Assembly (NCBI RefSeq): GCF_042660085.1
Contig: NZ_JBHSTI010000008.1
Coordinates: 1,629,876 to 1,661,875 of the forward strand
Direction of reading: 5' to 3'
From: Longivirga aurantiaca
GTDB taxonomy: Bacteria > Actinomycetota > Actinomycetes > S36-B12 > CAIYMF01
Length of the DNA: 32,000 bases
Below the pieces are notes generated by a model. The model was given only the letters and a program-made list of their open reading frames with translations. It had not been told where the DNA came from and did not search any database. This document shows, piece by piece, positions 19,034 through 30,000 of this stretch; the stretch's first letter is position 1; each line of letters begins with the position of its first letter. A program made the position numbers and the translations under genes.

Positions 19034-19258
19034 ATGTGCCGCAGCATCAAGACCCTGCGCCCGCCGTACGCCGACGACGTGACCGACGACGACGTGCACG
19101 CGGCGGCGCTGCAGTACGTGCGCAAGATCGCCGGCATGCGCGCCCCGTCGGCGGCCAACAAGGAGGCCTTCGACCGGGCCGTGGACGAGGTGGCCCGGGC
19201 GACCGCCACGCTGCTCGAGGGCGTCGTCGTCCGGCAGCGGCCCGTCGTCTCGGACTGA
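19034..19258 (+). CDS. DUF2277 family protein
   Basis: MCRSIKTLRPPYADDVTDDDVHAAALQYVRKIAGMRAPSAANKEAFDRAVDEVARATATLLEGV matches the small conserved DUF2277 pattern (MCR.I..LR.P......I.AAALQ.VRK.SG...P...N..AF..AV...A). Confidence 0.87.
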   Translation: MCRSIKTLRPPYADDVTDDDVHAAALQYVRKIAGMRAPSAANKEAFDRAVDEVARATATLLEGVVVRQRPVVSD

Positions 19259-19298
19259 CACCGGGCCACGCGGCCCCGGTGAGGACTAGCGTCGAGAC

Positions 19299-20039
19299 GT
19301 GAGCCACTCCGCCGATCACCTGATGCAGGGCGCGGCCGTCGAGGTGCGCGACCTCACCGTCGTGCGGGGCGGGGTCACCGCGCTCGACCAGGTGACCCTG
19401 GCGGTGCCCACCGGCCAGGTCACCGGGCTGCTCGGGCCGAGCGGATGCGGCAAGACGACCCTCATGCGCTCGATCGTCGGGGTGCAGATCGTCGAGTCGG
19501 GCTCGGTCTTCGTGCTGGGCGAGCCGGCGGGCTCGCCGTCGTTGCGCTCCCGCGTCGCCTACGTGACCCAGGCTCCGTCGGTGTACGGCGACCTCACGGT
19601 GCGCGGCAACCTGCGCTACTTCGCGAGCATCCTCGGCGCCGAAGACGGCGCGGTGGACCGGGCCATCGACGCGGTCGACCTGCGCGCCGAGGCCGACCGG
19701 CTCGTCAACCGCCTCTCGGGCGGGCAGCTGAGCAGGGTCTCGCTGGCCACCGCGCTGCTCGACGAGCCGGAGGTGCTCGTGCTCGACGAGCCGACCGTGG
19801 GGCTCGACCCCGTGCTGCGCCGCGACCTCTGGGCGCTGTTCCACCGGCTCGCGGCCGACGGCGCGACCCTGCTGGTGTCGAGCCACGTCATGGACGAGGC
19901 CACCCGGTGCGAGCGCCTGGTCCTCATGCGGGAGGGTCACGTGCTCGCCGACGGCACGCCGGACGCCCTCCTCGAGCGAACCGGCGCGGCCGACATGGAG
20001 TCGGCCTTCCTCGCCCTCATCGAAGGAGGGCGGTCATGA
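19299..20039 (+). CDS. ABC transporter ATP-binding protein (ABC-2 exporter type)
   Basis: Walker A GLLGPSGCGKTTLMRSIVG, signature RLSGGQLSRVSLATALLDEPEVLVLDEPTVGLDP. Confidence 0.93.
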   Translation: MSHSADHLMQGAAVEVRDLTVVRGGVTALDQVTLAVPTGQVTGLLGPSGCGKTTLMRSIVGVQIVESGSVFVLGEPAGSPSLRSRVAYVTQAPSVYGDLTVRGNLRYFASILGAEDGAVDRAIDAVDLRAEADRLVNRLSGGQLSRVSLATALLDEPEVLVLDEPTVGLDPVLRRDLWALFHRLAADGATLLVSSHVMDEATRCERLVLMREGHVLADGTPDALLERTGAADMESAFLALIEGGRS

Positions 20040-20767
20040 CCGCCGCCCGCACGATCGGCACCGCGCGACGCGTGCTGGGTCAGCTGCGGCACGACCACCG
20101 GACGGTGGCGCTGATCCTCGTCGTGCCCATGCTGCTGCTCGCGCTGCTCGCGTGGATCCTCCCCGACCCGGCGTTCCAGTCGTGGGCTCCCCCGCTGCTC
20201 GGCGTCTTCCCGATGCTCGTGATGTTCCTGACTACGTCGGTCGCCACCCTGCGCGAGCGCACGGGCGGCACGCTGGAACGGCTGCTGTCGATGCCGATCG
20301 GCAAGGGCGACTTCGTCTTCGGCTACGCACTGGCGTTCGGCGGCCTCGCGATCGTCCAGGCCCTGCTGGTCGGAGCCGTGAGCTTCCGGCTCCTCGGGCT
20401 CGAGGTGGCCGGCTCCGCCTGGCTCGTGGTGCTCGTCGCCGTGATCGACGGCCTCATCGGCACCGCGCTCGGCCTCTTCGTGAGCGCTTTCGCGCAGACC
20501 GAGTTCCAGGCCGTGCAGTTCATGCCGGTGGTGCTCATCCCGCAGCTGCTCATCTGCGGCCTGCTCGTGCCGACCGACCAACTGCCCGCGGCGCTCGAGT
20601 GGTTCTCGTGGCTGCTGCCGCTCACGTACGCGATCAACGCGATGAACCACGTCGCGACCGAGGCCGTCCCGGACACGCGCTTCTGGGTCGACGTCGTCGT
20701 CATCGTCGTGATGGCCCTCGGCCTGCTCGCAGCCGGTGCGGCCACGCTCCGGCGCCGTACGCCCTGA
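20036..20767 (+). CDS. ABC-2 type transporter permease
   Basis: MTAARTIGTARRVLGQLRHDHRTVALILVVPMLLLALLAWIL...RERTGGTLERLLSMPIGKGDFVFGYAL...PVVLIPQLLICGLLVPTDQLPAALEWFSWLLPLTYAINAM: ABC2 permease features. Overlaps the ATPase stop by 4 nt (ATGA). Confidence 0.92.
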   Translation: MTAARTIGTARRVLGQLRHDHRTVALILVVPMLLLALLAWILPDPAFQSWAPPLLGVFPMLVMFLTTSVATLRERTGGTLERLLSMPIGKGDFVFGYALAFGGLAIVQALLVGAVSFRLLGLEVAGSAWLVVLVAVIDGLIGTALGLFVSAFAQTEFQAVQFMPVVLIPQLLICGLLVPTDQLPAALEWFSWLLPLTYAINAMNHVATEAVPDTRFWVDVVVIVVMALGLLAAGAATLRRRTP

Positions 20768-20769
20768 TC

Positions 20770-21273
20770 TCAGCGCAGGCGGCGCAGCCAGCGCAGCAGC
20801 CGACCCTCGTCGGTGTCGATCTCGCCTGCGCGCTCGAAGCCGCAGCGCTCGAGCACCCGGTGCGAGGGGACGTTGTCGGGTGCGGTCATCGCCTCGACGG
20901 CGACCACGCCGTGCGCGACCGCCCAGCCGACCACCGCCGACAGCGCCTCGGTGGCATACCCGTTGCCCTGCACGGAATCGGCGAGCCCGTAGCCCACCTC
21001 GACCACGCCGTCGGGGTCCGGGGCGGACAGGAATCCGACGCCGCCCACGGCCTCCCCGGTGGATCCCAGCCGGATCTGCAGCGGGCCGAGCGCCGTGCCC
21101 TCGTCGTAGTGGTCGCCGGCCTCCCCCACCACCGCGGCGACGACTCGGTCGCCCTCGGTCGGGTAGTCGTCGGCCCACGACCGGCCGCTCCTGTCGTCGG
21201 CCCTGATCGCGGCAGCCTCGGCCGTGGTCAGCGCCTCGAGGACCAGCCGCGCGGTGACGATGCGCGTCGGCAC
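20770..21273 (-). CDS. GNAT family N-acetyltransferase (RimJ/RimL-like)
   Basis: MPTRIVTARLVLEALTTAEAAAIRADD...GYGLADSVQGNGYATEALSAVVGWAVAHGVVAVEAMTAPDNVPSHRVLERCGFERAGEI. Confidence 0.9.
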   Translation of the reverse strand: MPTRIVTARLVLEALTTAEAAAIRADDRSGRSWADDYPTEGDRVVAAVVGEAGDHYDEGTALGPLQIRLGSTGEAVGGVGFLSAPDPDGVVEVGYGLADSVQGNGYATEALSAVVGWAVAHGVVAVEAMTAPDNVPSHRVLERCGFERAGEIDTDEGRLLRWLRRLR

Positions 21274-21276
21274 GCG

Positions 21277-21822
21277 CTAGGGGAGGACGCCGACGTGAGC
21301 CAGTGCGAGCCGCAGCAGGCGATCCTGGCCACCGGTCATCTCGACGGCCACACCCTCGCCCGCCGCCTCCTCGGGGGTCATCCACTGGAGGTCGAGCGCC
21401 GATGCCGACGGCACGCAGTCCCCGCTCACGGGCACGACGAAGGCGAGCGACACGGCGTGCTGGCGCGGGTCGTGGTAGCCCGTGACGGACGGGTCCGGGA
21501 AGTACTCGGCGATCGTGAACGGCTGCGGCGCCGTCGGCAGCTGCGGCAGCGCCATGGCGCCGAGGTCCTTCTCGAGGTGACGGACGAGGGCGTCGCGCAC
21601 CCGCTCCCCGTAGTGGACGCGGCCCGACACGGGCGCCCGGCTGATCGAGCCGTCGGGCATGGCCCGCAGCAGCAGCCCGACGGAGACGACGACCCCGCGG
21701 TCGTCGACGCGGACGGGGAACGCCTCGACGTACACCATGGGGACGCGGTCGCGCGCCTGCTCGAGGTCGTCGTGGGGAAGCCACCCTGCGCGGGCGTCGG
21801 TCATCTCGCTCACGGGCTCCAC
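21277..21822 (-). CDS. Nudix-fold (DUF4916-like) protein
   Basis: WLPHDDLEQARDRVPMVYVEAFPVRVDDRGVVVSVGLLLRAMPDGSISRAPVSGRVHYGERVRDALVRHLEKDLGA: Nudix-box-like region with altered residues. Start could also be ATG at 21804. Confidence 0.75.
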   Translation of the reverse strand: MEPVSEMTDARAGWLPHDDLEQARDRVPMVYVEAFPVRVDDRGVVVSVGLLLRAMPDGSISRAPVSGRVHYGERVRDALVRHLEKDLGAMALPQLPTAPQPFTIAEYFPDPSVTGYHDPRQHAVSLAFVVPVSGDCVPSASALDLQWMTPEEAAGEGVAVEMTGGQDRLLRLALAHVGVLP

Positions 21823-21922
21823 CGTACGGCGCTCTGGCGGCCGCGCGTGGCGCGACCCGGCAGGCGGCGCGCCGACCGGCCCTCAGCAGGCACCGGGAGG
21901 TGGCGCGAGGCAGGATGGGCGC

Positions 21923-22321
21923 ATGCGACTGACCCTGCGCGCCGACGGCGCCGCCGACCTCGACCTGGTCTGGCAGCGCTACTCGGTCCCCGCGCTGTGG
22001 ACCACCTGGGCACCGCAGATCCGGCGCGTGGAGTGCTCGGCGGAGCGGCTCGCGGTCGGCGTCACCGGCATCGTCTTCGGGGTGATCCCCAACATCGGCG
22101 CGAGCTTCGAGGTCGTCGAGTACGACGAGGGGGCCCACCGCTGGGCCTGGGACATCGCCGCCGGGCCGGTGAGGATGCATCTCGACCACCGCAGCGAGGC
22201 CCGCATCGGCGGCGGCACCAGCACGGCGCTCGAGGTGGAAGGGCCGGCCGCGGCCGTCATGACCTACGCGCCGGTCGCGCGCATCTCGCTCGAGAGCCTG
22301 GTGCGACCCCCGAAGAAATGA
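21923..22321 (+). CDS. SRPBCC (START-like) family protein
   Basis: MRLTLRADGAADLDLVWQRYSVPALWTTWAPQIRRVECSAERLAVGVTGIVFG...SFEVVEYDEGAHRWAWDIAAGPVRMHLDHRSEA: typical polyketide-cyclase/SRPBCC pattern. Confidence 0.82.
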   Translation: MRLTLRADGAADLDLVWQRYSVPALWTTWAPQIRRVECSAERLAVGVTGIVFGVIPNIGASFEVVEYDEGAHRWAWDIAAGPVRMHLDHRSEARIGGGTSTALEVEGPAAAVMTYAPVARISLESLVRPPKK

Positions 22322-22327
22322 GGCGGC

Positions 22328-22804
22328 TCAGGCCGTCTCGGGCCGCCTGTTCGGCTTGAGGGTCCAGAGCACGGTCACCGCACCGGTCACGAGGAGGTCG
22401 TCGCCCTCGCCGGTCGTGAGCTCGACCTCCACGTGGAACTCCGGCCGCCCGCCCGCCTTCAGCGTGGCGATCACCGAGTCCACCTCGGACGCCATGTGCG
22501 CGGTGGCGGTCACCGGGCCGCGAGCGACCTTGAGGTAGCGGATGGTGGCCTCGACCGCGAGCGGTGTGACCTCCCCCAGCATCTCGCCGTAGTTCGAGAG
22601 CACGAGCGCACCCGATGCGGTCTCGGCCAGGGTGAACATCGCACCGGCGTGCGAGCCGCCGATGTGGTTGTGGAAGCGCACATCGTCCGGGAGCCGGCAG
22701 ACCGCGTGGTCCCTGGAGAGCTCGAGGTACTCGATCCCCAAGGTGCCCACGAAGGGGACGGTGGTGGGCATGGTGGAACGGACGGTGTCGAGGTCGAGGG
22801 CCAT
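22328..22804 (-). CDS. PaaI/DUF4442-like hotdog-fold thioesterase
   Basis: FVGTLGIEYLELSRDHAVCRLPDDVRFHNHIGGSHAGAMFTLAETASGALVLSNYG: HNHxGxxHxGAxFTLAE hotdog motif. Confidence 0.87.
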   Translation of the reverse strand: MALDLDTVRSTMPTTVPFVGTLGIEYLELSRDHAVCRLPDDVRFHNHIGGSHAGAMFTLAETASGALVLSNYGEMLGEVTPLAVEATIRYLKVARGPVTATAHMASEVDSVIATLKAGGRPEFHVEVELTTGEGDDLLVTGAVTVLWTLKPNRRPETA

Positions 22805-22836
22805 GCCTCCGGACGATACGCGTTAGCGTCCCCTGC

Positions 22837-23382
22837 ATGCCGACGCAGCACCCGGATCGCGAGCCCGCCGAGAGGCAAGGGCAGCCGACCCTTCCCGCCG
22901 CCGTGGTGTTCGACGTCGACGGGGTGCTCGCCGACGTGCGGCACCGGCTGCGCCACGTGGAGCGAAAGCCGAAGGACTGGCCGGCGTTCTTCGCGGCGAT
23001 GGACGAGGACGGCCCGCTCGGGGAGGGGGTCGCCCGTGCGCGTGCCGAGGCCGCGGCGGGCCGCGCGATCGTCTACCTGACCGGCCGCAACGAGACCTAC
23101 CGCGGCGTGACCGAGGCCTGGCTCGCGCGGCACGGTCTCCCCGAGGGCCGGCTTGTGATGCGCCGGGACGACGACCGCCGGCCGGCGCGGCTGTTCAAAC
23201 CCCAGGCCGTCGCCCGGATCGCGCGCTCCGCCGAGGTCGTCGCCGTGATCGACGACGACGAGGCGGTCGTCACGGTGCTCCGCGCCGCCGGCTGGCCGGT
23301 CGAGCACGCCACCTGGATGCGCGCCGACCGCGACGAGCAGCAGAGCCTGTTCGACGCCCAGGAGACCGACGGCCGCACCTGA
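22837..23382 (+). CDS. HAD-superfamily phosphatase-like protein
   Basis: AAVVFDVDGVLADVRHRLRHV (DxDG), IVYLTGRNETYRGVTEAWLARHGL, and VVAVIDDDEAVVTVL. Confidence 0.87.
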   Translation: MPTQHPDREPAERQGQPTLPAAVVFDVDGVLADVRHRLRHVERKPKDWPAFFAAMDEDGPLGEGVARARAEAAAGRAIVYLTGRNETYRGVTEAWLARHGLPEGRLVMRRDDDRRPARLFKPQAVARIARSAEVVAVIDDDEAVVTVLRAAGWPVEHATWMRADRDEQQSLFDAQETDGRT

Positions 23383-23489
23383 GGCGCGGACGCTCGCCGG
23401 GCGACCCGCCGGCTCATCGGCGTAGCGTGACGATCGGGCACGGAGGATCGAGCCCACATCCACGGGTACCTCCGCGCGAGGGAGTACCC

Positions 23490-23951
23490 ATGCGAACGTT
23501 GATGCGCGCCGTAGCCGTCACCGCCGTCCTCGCCCTGGCAGCCGCGTGCGGGTCGTCCGGGTCGGGGACGCCGACCTCGTCGCAGGCGCCCGAGCCGACT
23601 TACTCGGCCGTCGTTCTCAACTGCGACCAGTACCCGGTGCGGGCCACCAACCTGTACTCGCACGCCTCGAAGTCGGGGCTCAACATCGGGACCACCAACT
23701 CCATCGACGGCTACGTCACGCAGATGCAGGAGGCGCTCGCCGACCTCGAGCTCAACGCGCCCGAGTGCGCTCCGGCCGCGACGGAGGAGCTCGCCGCGCT
23801 CGGCGATGCCATCACCGCGTATGCGGAGGCCTACGAGCCCACGGCGGAGGCGGCCGACGCGAACAACGCCGCGCTGCTCGCCCTGGCGGCCCAGGGCAGG
23901 CTCACGTGGACGGCGATGGGCCTCGATCCGGCCCAGTGGGACGGCGTGTAG
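23490..23951 (+). CDS. Putative lipoprotein of unknown function
   Basis: MRTLMRAVAVTAVLALAAACGSSGSG: lipobox LAAAC. Start at 23490 preceded by gaggga. Confidence 0.82.
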   Translation: MRTLMRAVAVTAVLALAAACGSSGSGTPTSSQAPEPTYSAVVLNCDQYPVRATNLYSHASKSGLNIGTTNSIDGYVTQMQEALADLELNAPECAPAATEELAALGDAITAYAEAYEPTAEAADANNAALLALAAQGRLTWTAMGLDPAQWDGV

Positions 23952-23963
23952 GAGCGTCCGACC

Positions 23964-24001
23964 GGCGGCGGGGGCCGGACGTCCGGACCCGCCGCCGCCG
24001 G
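23964..24001. terminator. GC-rich hairpin between convergent lipoprotein gene and gcvP
   Basis: ccggcggcggg ... cccgccgccgccgg arms around an inner gtccggac palindromic core, 13 nt after the lipoprotein stop and just before the gcvP stop. Confidence 0.6.
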
Positions 24002-24003
24002 GG

Positions 24004-26931
<2,928 letters not shown>

Positions 26932-27004
26932 GGCGGGCCCTCGCGGTGATGGCCGAGCATGCTCGGCAGGCGACCCCGTCGCGCGGGCGCGCGTCGGTGG
27001 GGTC

Positions 27005-27195
27005 CCCCTCTGTCCATGCGCGAGCCCGCGCGCCTGAGAGCTTCACCGCCCGGAGGCGGCTTGCACCGTCGGCGGGGACCGGAGGTCCCGCTTTCCAGAG
27101 GCGCCATGCCTGGGCGGTCCGTGATGCCTGAGAGGTTGACGGGGAGTTGCTCCTTCGGCGCCTGCCGCTGGCTGCGACAGGTCTCTCCCGCCCGG
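27005..27195 (-). promoter_or_regulatory. Tandem glycine riboswitch upstream of gcvP
   Basis: Minus strand: GGGAGAGACC...GCGCCGAAGGAGCAACTCCCC...AACCTCTCAGGCA...GGCGCCTCTGGAAAGCGGGACC...CGACGGTGCAAGCC...GGTGAAGCTCTCAGGC...GGACAGAGG. Both aptamer cores, the CTCTGGA junction and the terminal GGACAGAG are present, about 75 nt upstream of gcvP. Confidence 0.93.
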
Positions 27196-27256
27196 GGGGT
27201 GCGGCGCAGCCCTGAGACTACCGGCGCGGACGCCTCGCGGCGCCCCCGGGCGCACC

Positions 27257-27285
27257 GACGCCCCCGGCCGCTGGCCGGGGGCGTC
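27257..27285 (-). terminator. Strong hairpin downstream of MerR-family gene
   Basis: gacgcccccggcc-gct-ggccgggggcgtc: perfect 13-bp stem, 18 nt past the stop at 27304 on the minus strand. Confidence 0.75.
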
Positions 27286-27303
27286 AGGAGGCTGCGGTGC
27301 GCG

Positions 27304-27909
27304 TCAGCCGGCGGAGCGGGCCGCGCGGCGAGCGGCGAGCTCGTCGCCGGCGACGTCGGGGATGTTGGGGGTGCCGTCGAGACGCTCGCTGGGGAGCTCG
27401 GCGAGGCTGCCCTCGACCTCGCGCCAGACCCGGCCCACGGCGATGCCGAAGACGCCCTGGCCGCCCTGCACGAGGTCGATGACCTCGTCCTGGCTGCGGC
27501 ACTCGTAGACCGATGCGCCGTCGCTCATGAGCGTGACCTGGGCGAGGTCGTCGACACCGGACTCGCGCAGGTGCTCGACGGCGCTGCGGATGTTGGCGAG
27601 CGAGACGCCGGTGTCGAGCAGGCGCTTGATCACCTTGAGCACGAGGATGTCGCGGAAGCTGTAGAGGCGCTGGCTGCCCGACCCGTGGGCAGTGCGCACG
27701 GACGGCTCGACGAGCCCGGTGCGCGCCCAGTAGTCGAGCTGGCGGTAGGTGATCCCCGCGGCGGAGCAGGCGACCGGCCCGCGGAAGCCGACGTCGGCCG
27801 GCATCGCCTGGACCTCGTCGCCGAACAGCAGACCCTGACGGCCGGCGGCTACGGCCGCCTCGTCGCGCTGCTGCTCGTCGGGCCCGGGGCCCTCGTGCAC
27901 TCCGTTCAC
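27304..27909 (-). CDS. MerR family transcriptional regulator (Rv1830-like)
   Basis: ACSAAGITYRQLDYWARTGLVEPSVRTAHGSGSQRLYSFRDILVLKVIKRLLDTGVSLANIRSAVEHLRE: MerR winged-helix. GTG 27909 start preceded by AGGAGG; ORF opens up to 27957. Confidence 0.9.
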   Translation of the reverse strand: MNGVHEGPGPDEQQRDEAAVAAGRQGLLFGDEVQAMPADVGFRGPVACSAAGITYRQLDYWARTGLVEPSVRTAHGSGSQRLYSFRDILVLKVIKRLLDTGVSLANIRSAVEHLRESGVDDLAQVTLMSDGASVYECRSQDEVIDLVQGGQGVFGIAVGRVWREVEGSLAELPSERLDGTPNIPDVAGDELAARRAARSAG

Positions 27910-27992
27910 CGGAGACCTCCTGAAGCCGCCGCTCGGTGCCGCGGGTGGGGGAAGCACATCGCGAGAGTTACACCGGGGACGTTCTGGATCGA

Positions 27993-28021
27993 ACGCTAGG
28001 ACCGCGCGGGTGCCGGGTCAA
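27993..28021 (-). promoter_or_regulatory. Putative promoter of the downstream MerR gene
   Basis: Minus strand TTGACC-N17-TAGCGT (-35/-10-like), about 85 nt upstream of the GTG at 27909. Confidence 0.45.
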
Positions 28022-28064
28022 CGCAGGACGCCGCGACACGCCGGTAGGACCTGTCCCAGACCGC

Positions 28065-28089
28065 AACCCTCACGTGGAGGTCGAGGGTT
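28065..28089 (-). promoter_or_regulatory. 25-bp palindromic candidate operator, copy A
   Basis: Plus strand AACCCTCACGTGGAGGTCGAGGGTT; AACCCT/AGGGTT ends with the same 25-bp span as 30008..30032. Confidence 0.5.
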
Positions 28090-28109
28090 TGCCAGGCTCC
28101 CGCGCGGGT

Positions 28110-28598
28110 TCAGCCCTGCTCGGGAGCCGCGTTGCCGCCGAGGAAGTCGTCCGGCGAGATCTCGTCGAGGAAGGCCCGGAACTTCTCGACCTCGTCCTCC
28201 TGCTCGTCCGGCACGGCGATGCCGGCGGCCTCCAGCACGGCCTCGGCGCCGTAGATCGGCGTCCCCGTGCGCAGCGCCAGGGCGATCGCGTCGGACGGGC
28301 GGGCGCTCACCTCGACCCCGCCCTCGAAGGCGAGGACCGCGAAGAAGACGCCGTCGGTGAGCTCGGTGATGCGCACCTCGGAGAGGGTGTGGCCGAGCGA
28401 CGACACGACGTCCCGCAGCAGGTCGTGGGTCAGCGGCCGGGCGGGCACGACCCCCTGCTGGGCGAACGCGATGGCAGTGGCCTCGACCGCGCCGATCCAG
28501 ATGGGCAGGTAGCGCTCGCCCTCGACCTCGCGCAGCAGCACGATCGGCTGGTTCGACGGCATCTCGACCCGGACACCCACGACGTCCATCTGGCGCAT
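28110..28598 (-). CDS. Bifunctional nuclease family protein (DUF151, Rv1829-like)
   Basis: VVGVRVEMPSNQPIVLLREVEGERYLPIWIGAVEATAIAFAQQGVVPARPLTHDLLRDVVSSLG...VSARPSDAIALALRTGTPIY. Confidence 0.93.
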   Translation of the reverse strand: MRQMDVVGVRVEMPSNQPIVLLREVEGERYLPIWIGAVEATAIAFAQQGVVPARPLTHDLLRDVVSSLGHTLSEVRITELTDGVFFAVLAFEGGVEVSARPSDAIALALRTGTPIYGAEAVLEAAGIAVPDEQEDEVEKFRAFLDEISPDDFLGGNAAPEQG

Positions 28599-28662
28599 GG
28601 AGCCAGCCTAGCCGCGGCAGGGGCTGACGCGACCCGGCCGTCCGAGTGGGCGTGCCGGCAGG

Positions 28663-29400
28663 CTAGCGGCGGAGCTCGGTCGCGAGACCGGCCTTGACCA
28701 GCGAGGCGTGCAGCCGCACCGAGAGGGCGGCGAGCTCGCGGATGGCGTCGTCGGCGCGCTGCTGGCTCTCCGGGTCGCGCTGGCGCAGCATGGGCGTGAC
28801 GACCTGCTCGACCAGGCCCACCTCGCGGTCGGCCGCCACCTTGAACGTGCGCAGGTGCCGCGGCTCGATGCCGAACGCCGCCATCTCGGCCACGGTGCTC
28901 GCGATCACGAGGGTGTCGCCGTCGTAGTGCTGGCCGCGCTTGGTGATGAGGCCGTAGCCCTCGAGCTGCTCGAGCAGGGAGTCGGTCAGGCCGCTCGCCT
29001 CGAGCAGCTCGCCGCGCGAGAGGCGCACATCGGCGTTGCCCCGGAACGAGTCGGCGTTCGGCATGCCGTCGGTCGACACCAGCGCCCGCGGCACGCGCGG
29101 ACCGTCGGCGCTCGACGCCGGCGGCTCGAGGCCGCGGTCGATCGCCTCGAGGTGCTCGCGGATGACCTTCAGCGGCAGGTACTGGTCGCGCTGGCAGGCG
29201 AGGACGTAGCGCAGCCGCTCGACGTCGGCATGGCTGAACTTGCGGTAGCCGCTCGCGGTGCGCTGCGGCGCGATGAGCCCCTCGCCCTCGAGGAAGCGGA
29301 TCTTGGAGATCGTGACGTCGGGGAAGTCCGGGCGCAGCACCTCGAGGACGTCGCCGATGCCCATGAGGCCGCGCGAGACCGCGCTGGGGACCGCGCTCAT
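28663..29400 (-). CDS. ftsR: MerR family transcriptional regulator, FtsR-like (Rv1828-like)
   Basis: MGIGDVLEVLRPDFPDVTISKIRFLEGEGLIAPQRTASGYRKFSHADVERLRYVLACQRDQYLPLKVIREHL; located directly downstream of an FHA gene. ATG at 29400 overlaps the FHA stop. Confidence 0.87.
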   Translation of the reverse strand: MSAVPSAVSRGLMGIGDVLEVLRPDFPDVTISKIRFLEGEGLIAPQRTASGYRKFSHADVERLRYVLACQRDQYLPLKVIREHLEAIDRGLEPPASSADGPRVPRALVSTDGMPNADSFRGNADVRLSRGELLEASGLTDSLLEQLEGYGLITKRGQHYDGDTLVIASTVAEMAAFGIEPRHLRTFKVAADREVGLVEQVVTPMLRQRDPESQQRADDAIRELAALSVRLHASLVKAGLATELRR

Positions 29401-29903
29401 GACGACTCCCCCGCCGCCTCGAGGAAGACGAAGCGGTACTTGCCGATCTGCACCTCGTCGCCGCCCGAGAGCAGCTGGCGGTCGATGCGTCGTCGGTTGA
29501 CGTAGCTGCCGTTCAGGGAGCCGGAGTCGGCGAGCTCCCACGTGCCGTCGACGGCGTGCAGCTCGGCGTGCCGGCGCGAGACGGTGACGTCGTCGAGGAA
29601 CAGGTCGCAGTCGGGCGCACGGCCGAGCACCACGGTGCCCAGAGCCGGGTCGAGATCGAAGCGGGCGCCCTCCTGGGGGCCGCGCAGGACGACGAGGACC
29701 GCGTGCCCGCGGCCGAGGCCGCCGACGCTGGTGGGGTCGACGGTGGGCAGGGGTGCGCTGTCGCCCTCGGAGGCGACGCGGACGCCGAGGACTCCGGTCT
29801 GGAACGCGGCCTCGGGGCCCGGGGCCAGCTCTGCTCCGCACGAGGCGCAGAAGTGGTCGAGGTCCTCCGCCAGGTGACCGCACCTGGGGCACTGCCGGCT
29901 CAT
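29397..29903 (-). CDS. Zinc-ribbon plus FHA domain protein (GarA/OdhI position)
   Basis: N-terminal CPRCGHLAEDLDHFCASCG zinc ribbon; FHA motif VVLGRAPDCDLFLDDVTVSRRHAELHAVDGTWELADSGSLNGSYVNRRRID. Confidence 0.92.
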   Translation of the reverse strand: MSRQCPRCGHLAEDLDHFCASCGAELAPGPEAAFQTGVLGVRVASEGDSAPLPTVDPTSVGGLGRGHAVLVVLRGPQEGARFDLDPALGTVVLGRAPDCDLFLDDVTVSRRHAELHAVDGTWELADSGSLNGSYVNRRRIDRQLLSGGDEVQIGKYRFVFLEAAGESS

Positions 29904-29970
29904 AGCCCGCCTCCACTCGACCGCACTGCCGAACGAGAAGCCCTCGACATCGCGTCGAGGGTCGGGAGCG

Positions 29971-30000
29971 AGACTACGGACCCGCGTGCAGCAGGGTCAA
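29971..30000 (-). promoter_or_regulatory. Putative promoter of the FHA-MerR operon
   Basis: Minus strand TTGACC-N18-TAGTCT located directly downstream of the 30001..30039 palindrome. Confidence 0.45.

Noticed and set aside
19937-22359. Long ORFs 19937..22189 (minus) and 20152..22359 (plus)
   Set aside because: They cross several well-supported genes on both strands in the wrong frame and have no recognisable domains.
26946-27255. Short ORFs across the gcvP leader (26946..27131 and 27043..27255)
   Set aside because: They overlap the tandem glycine riboswitch and have no protein-like features.
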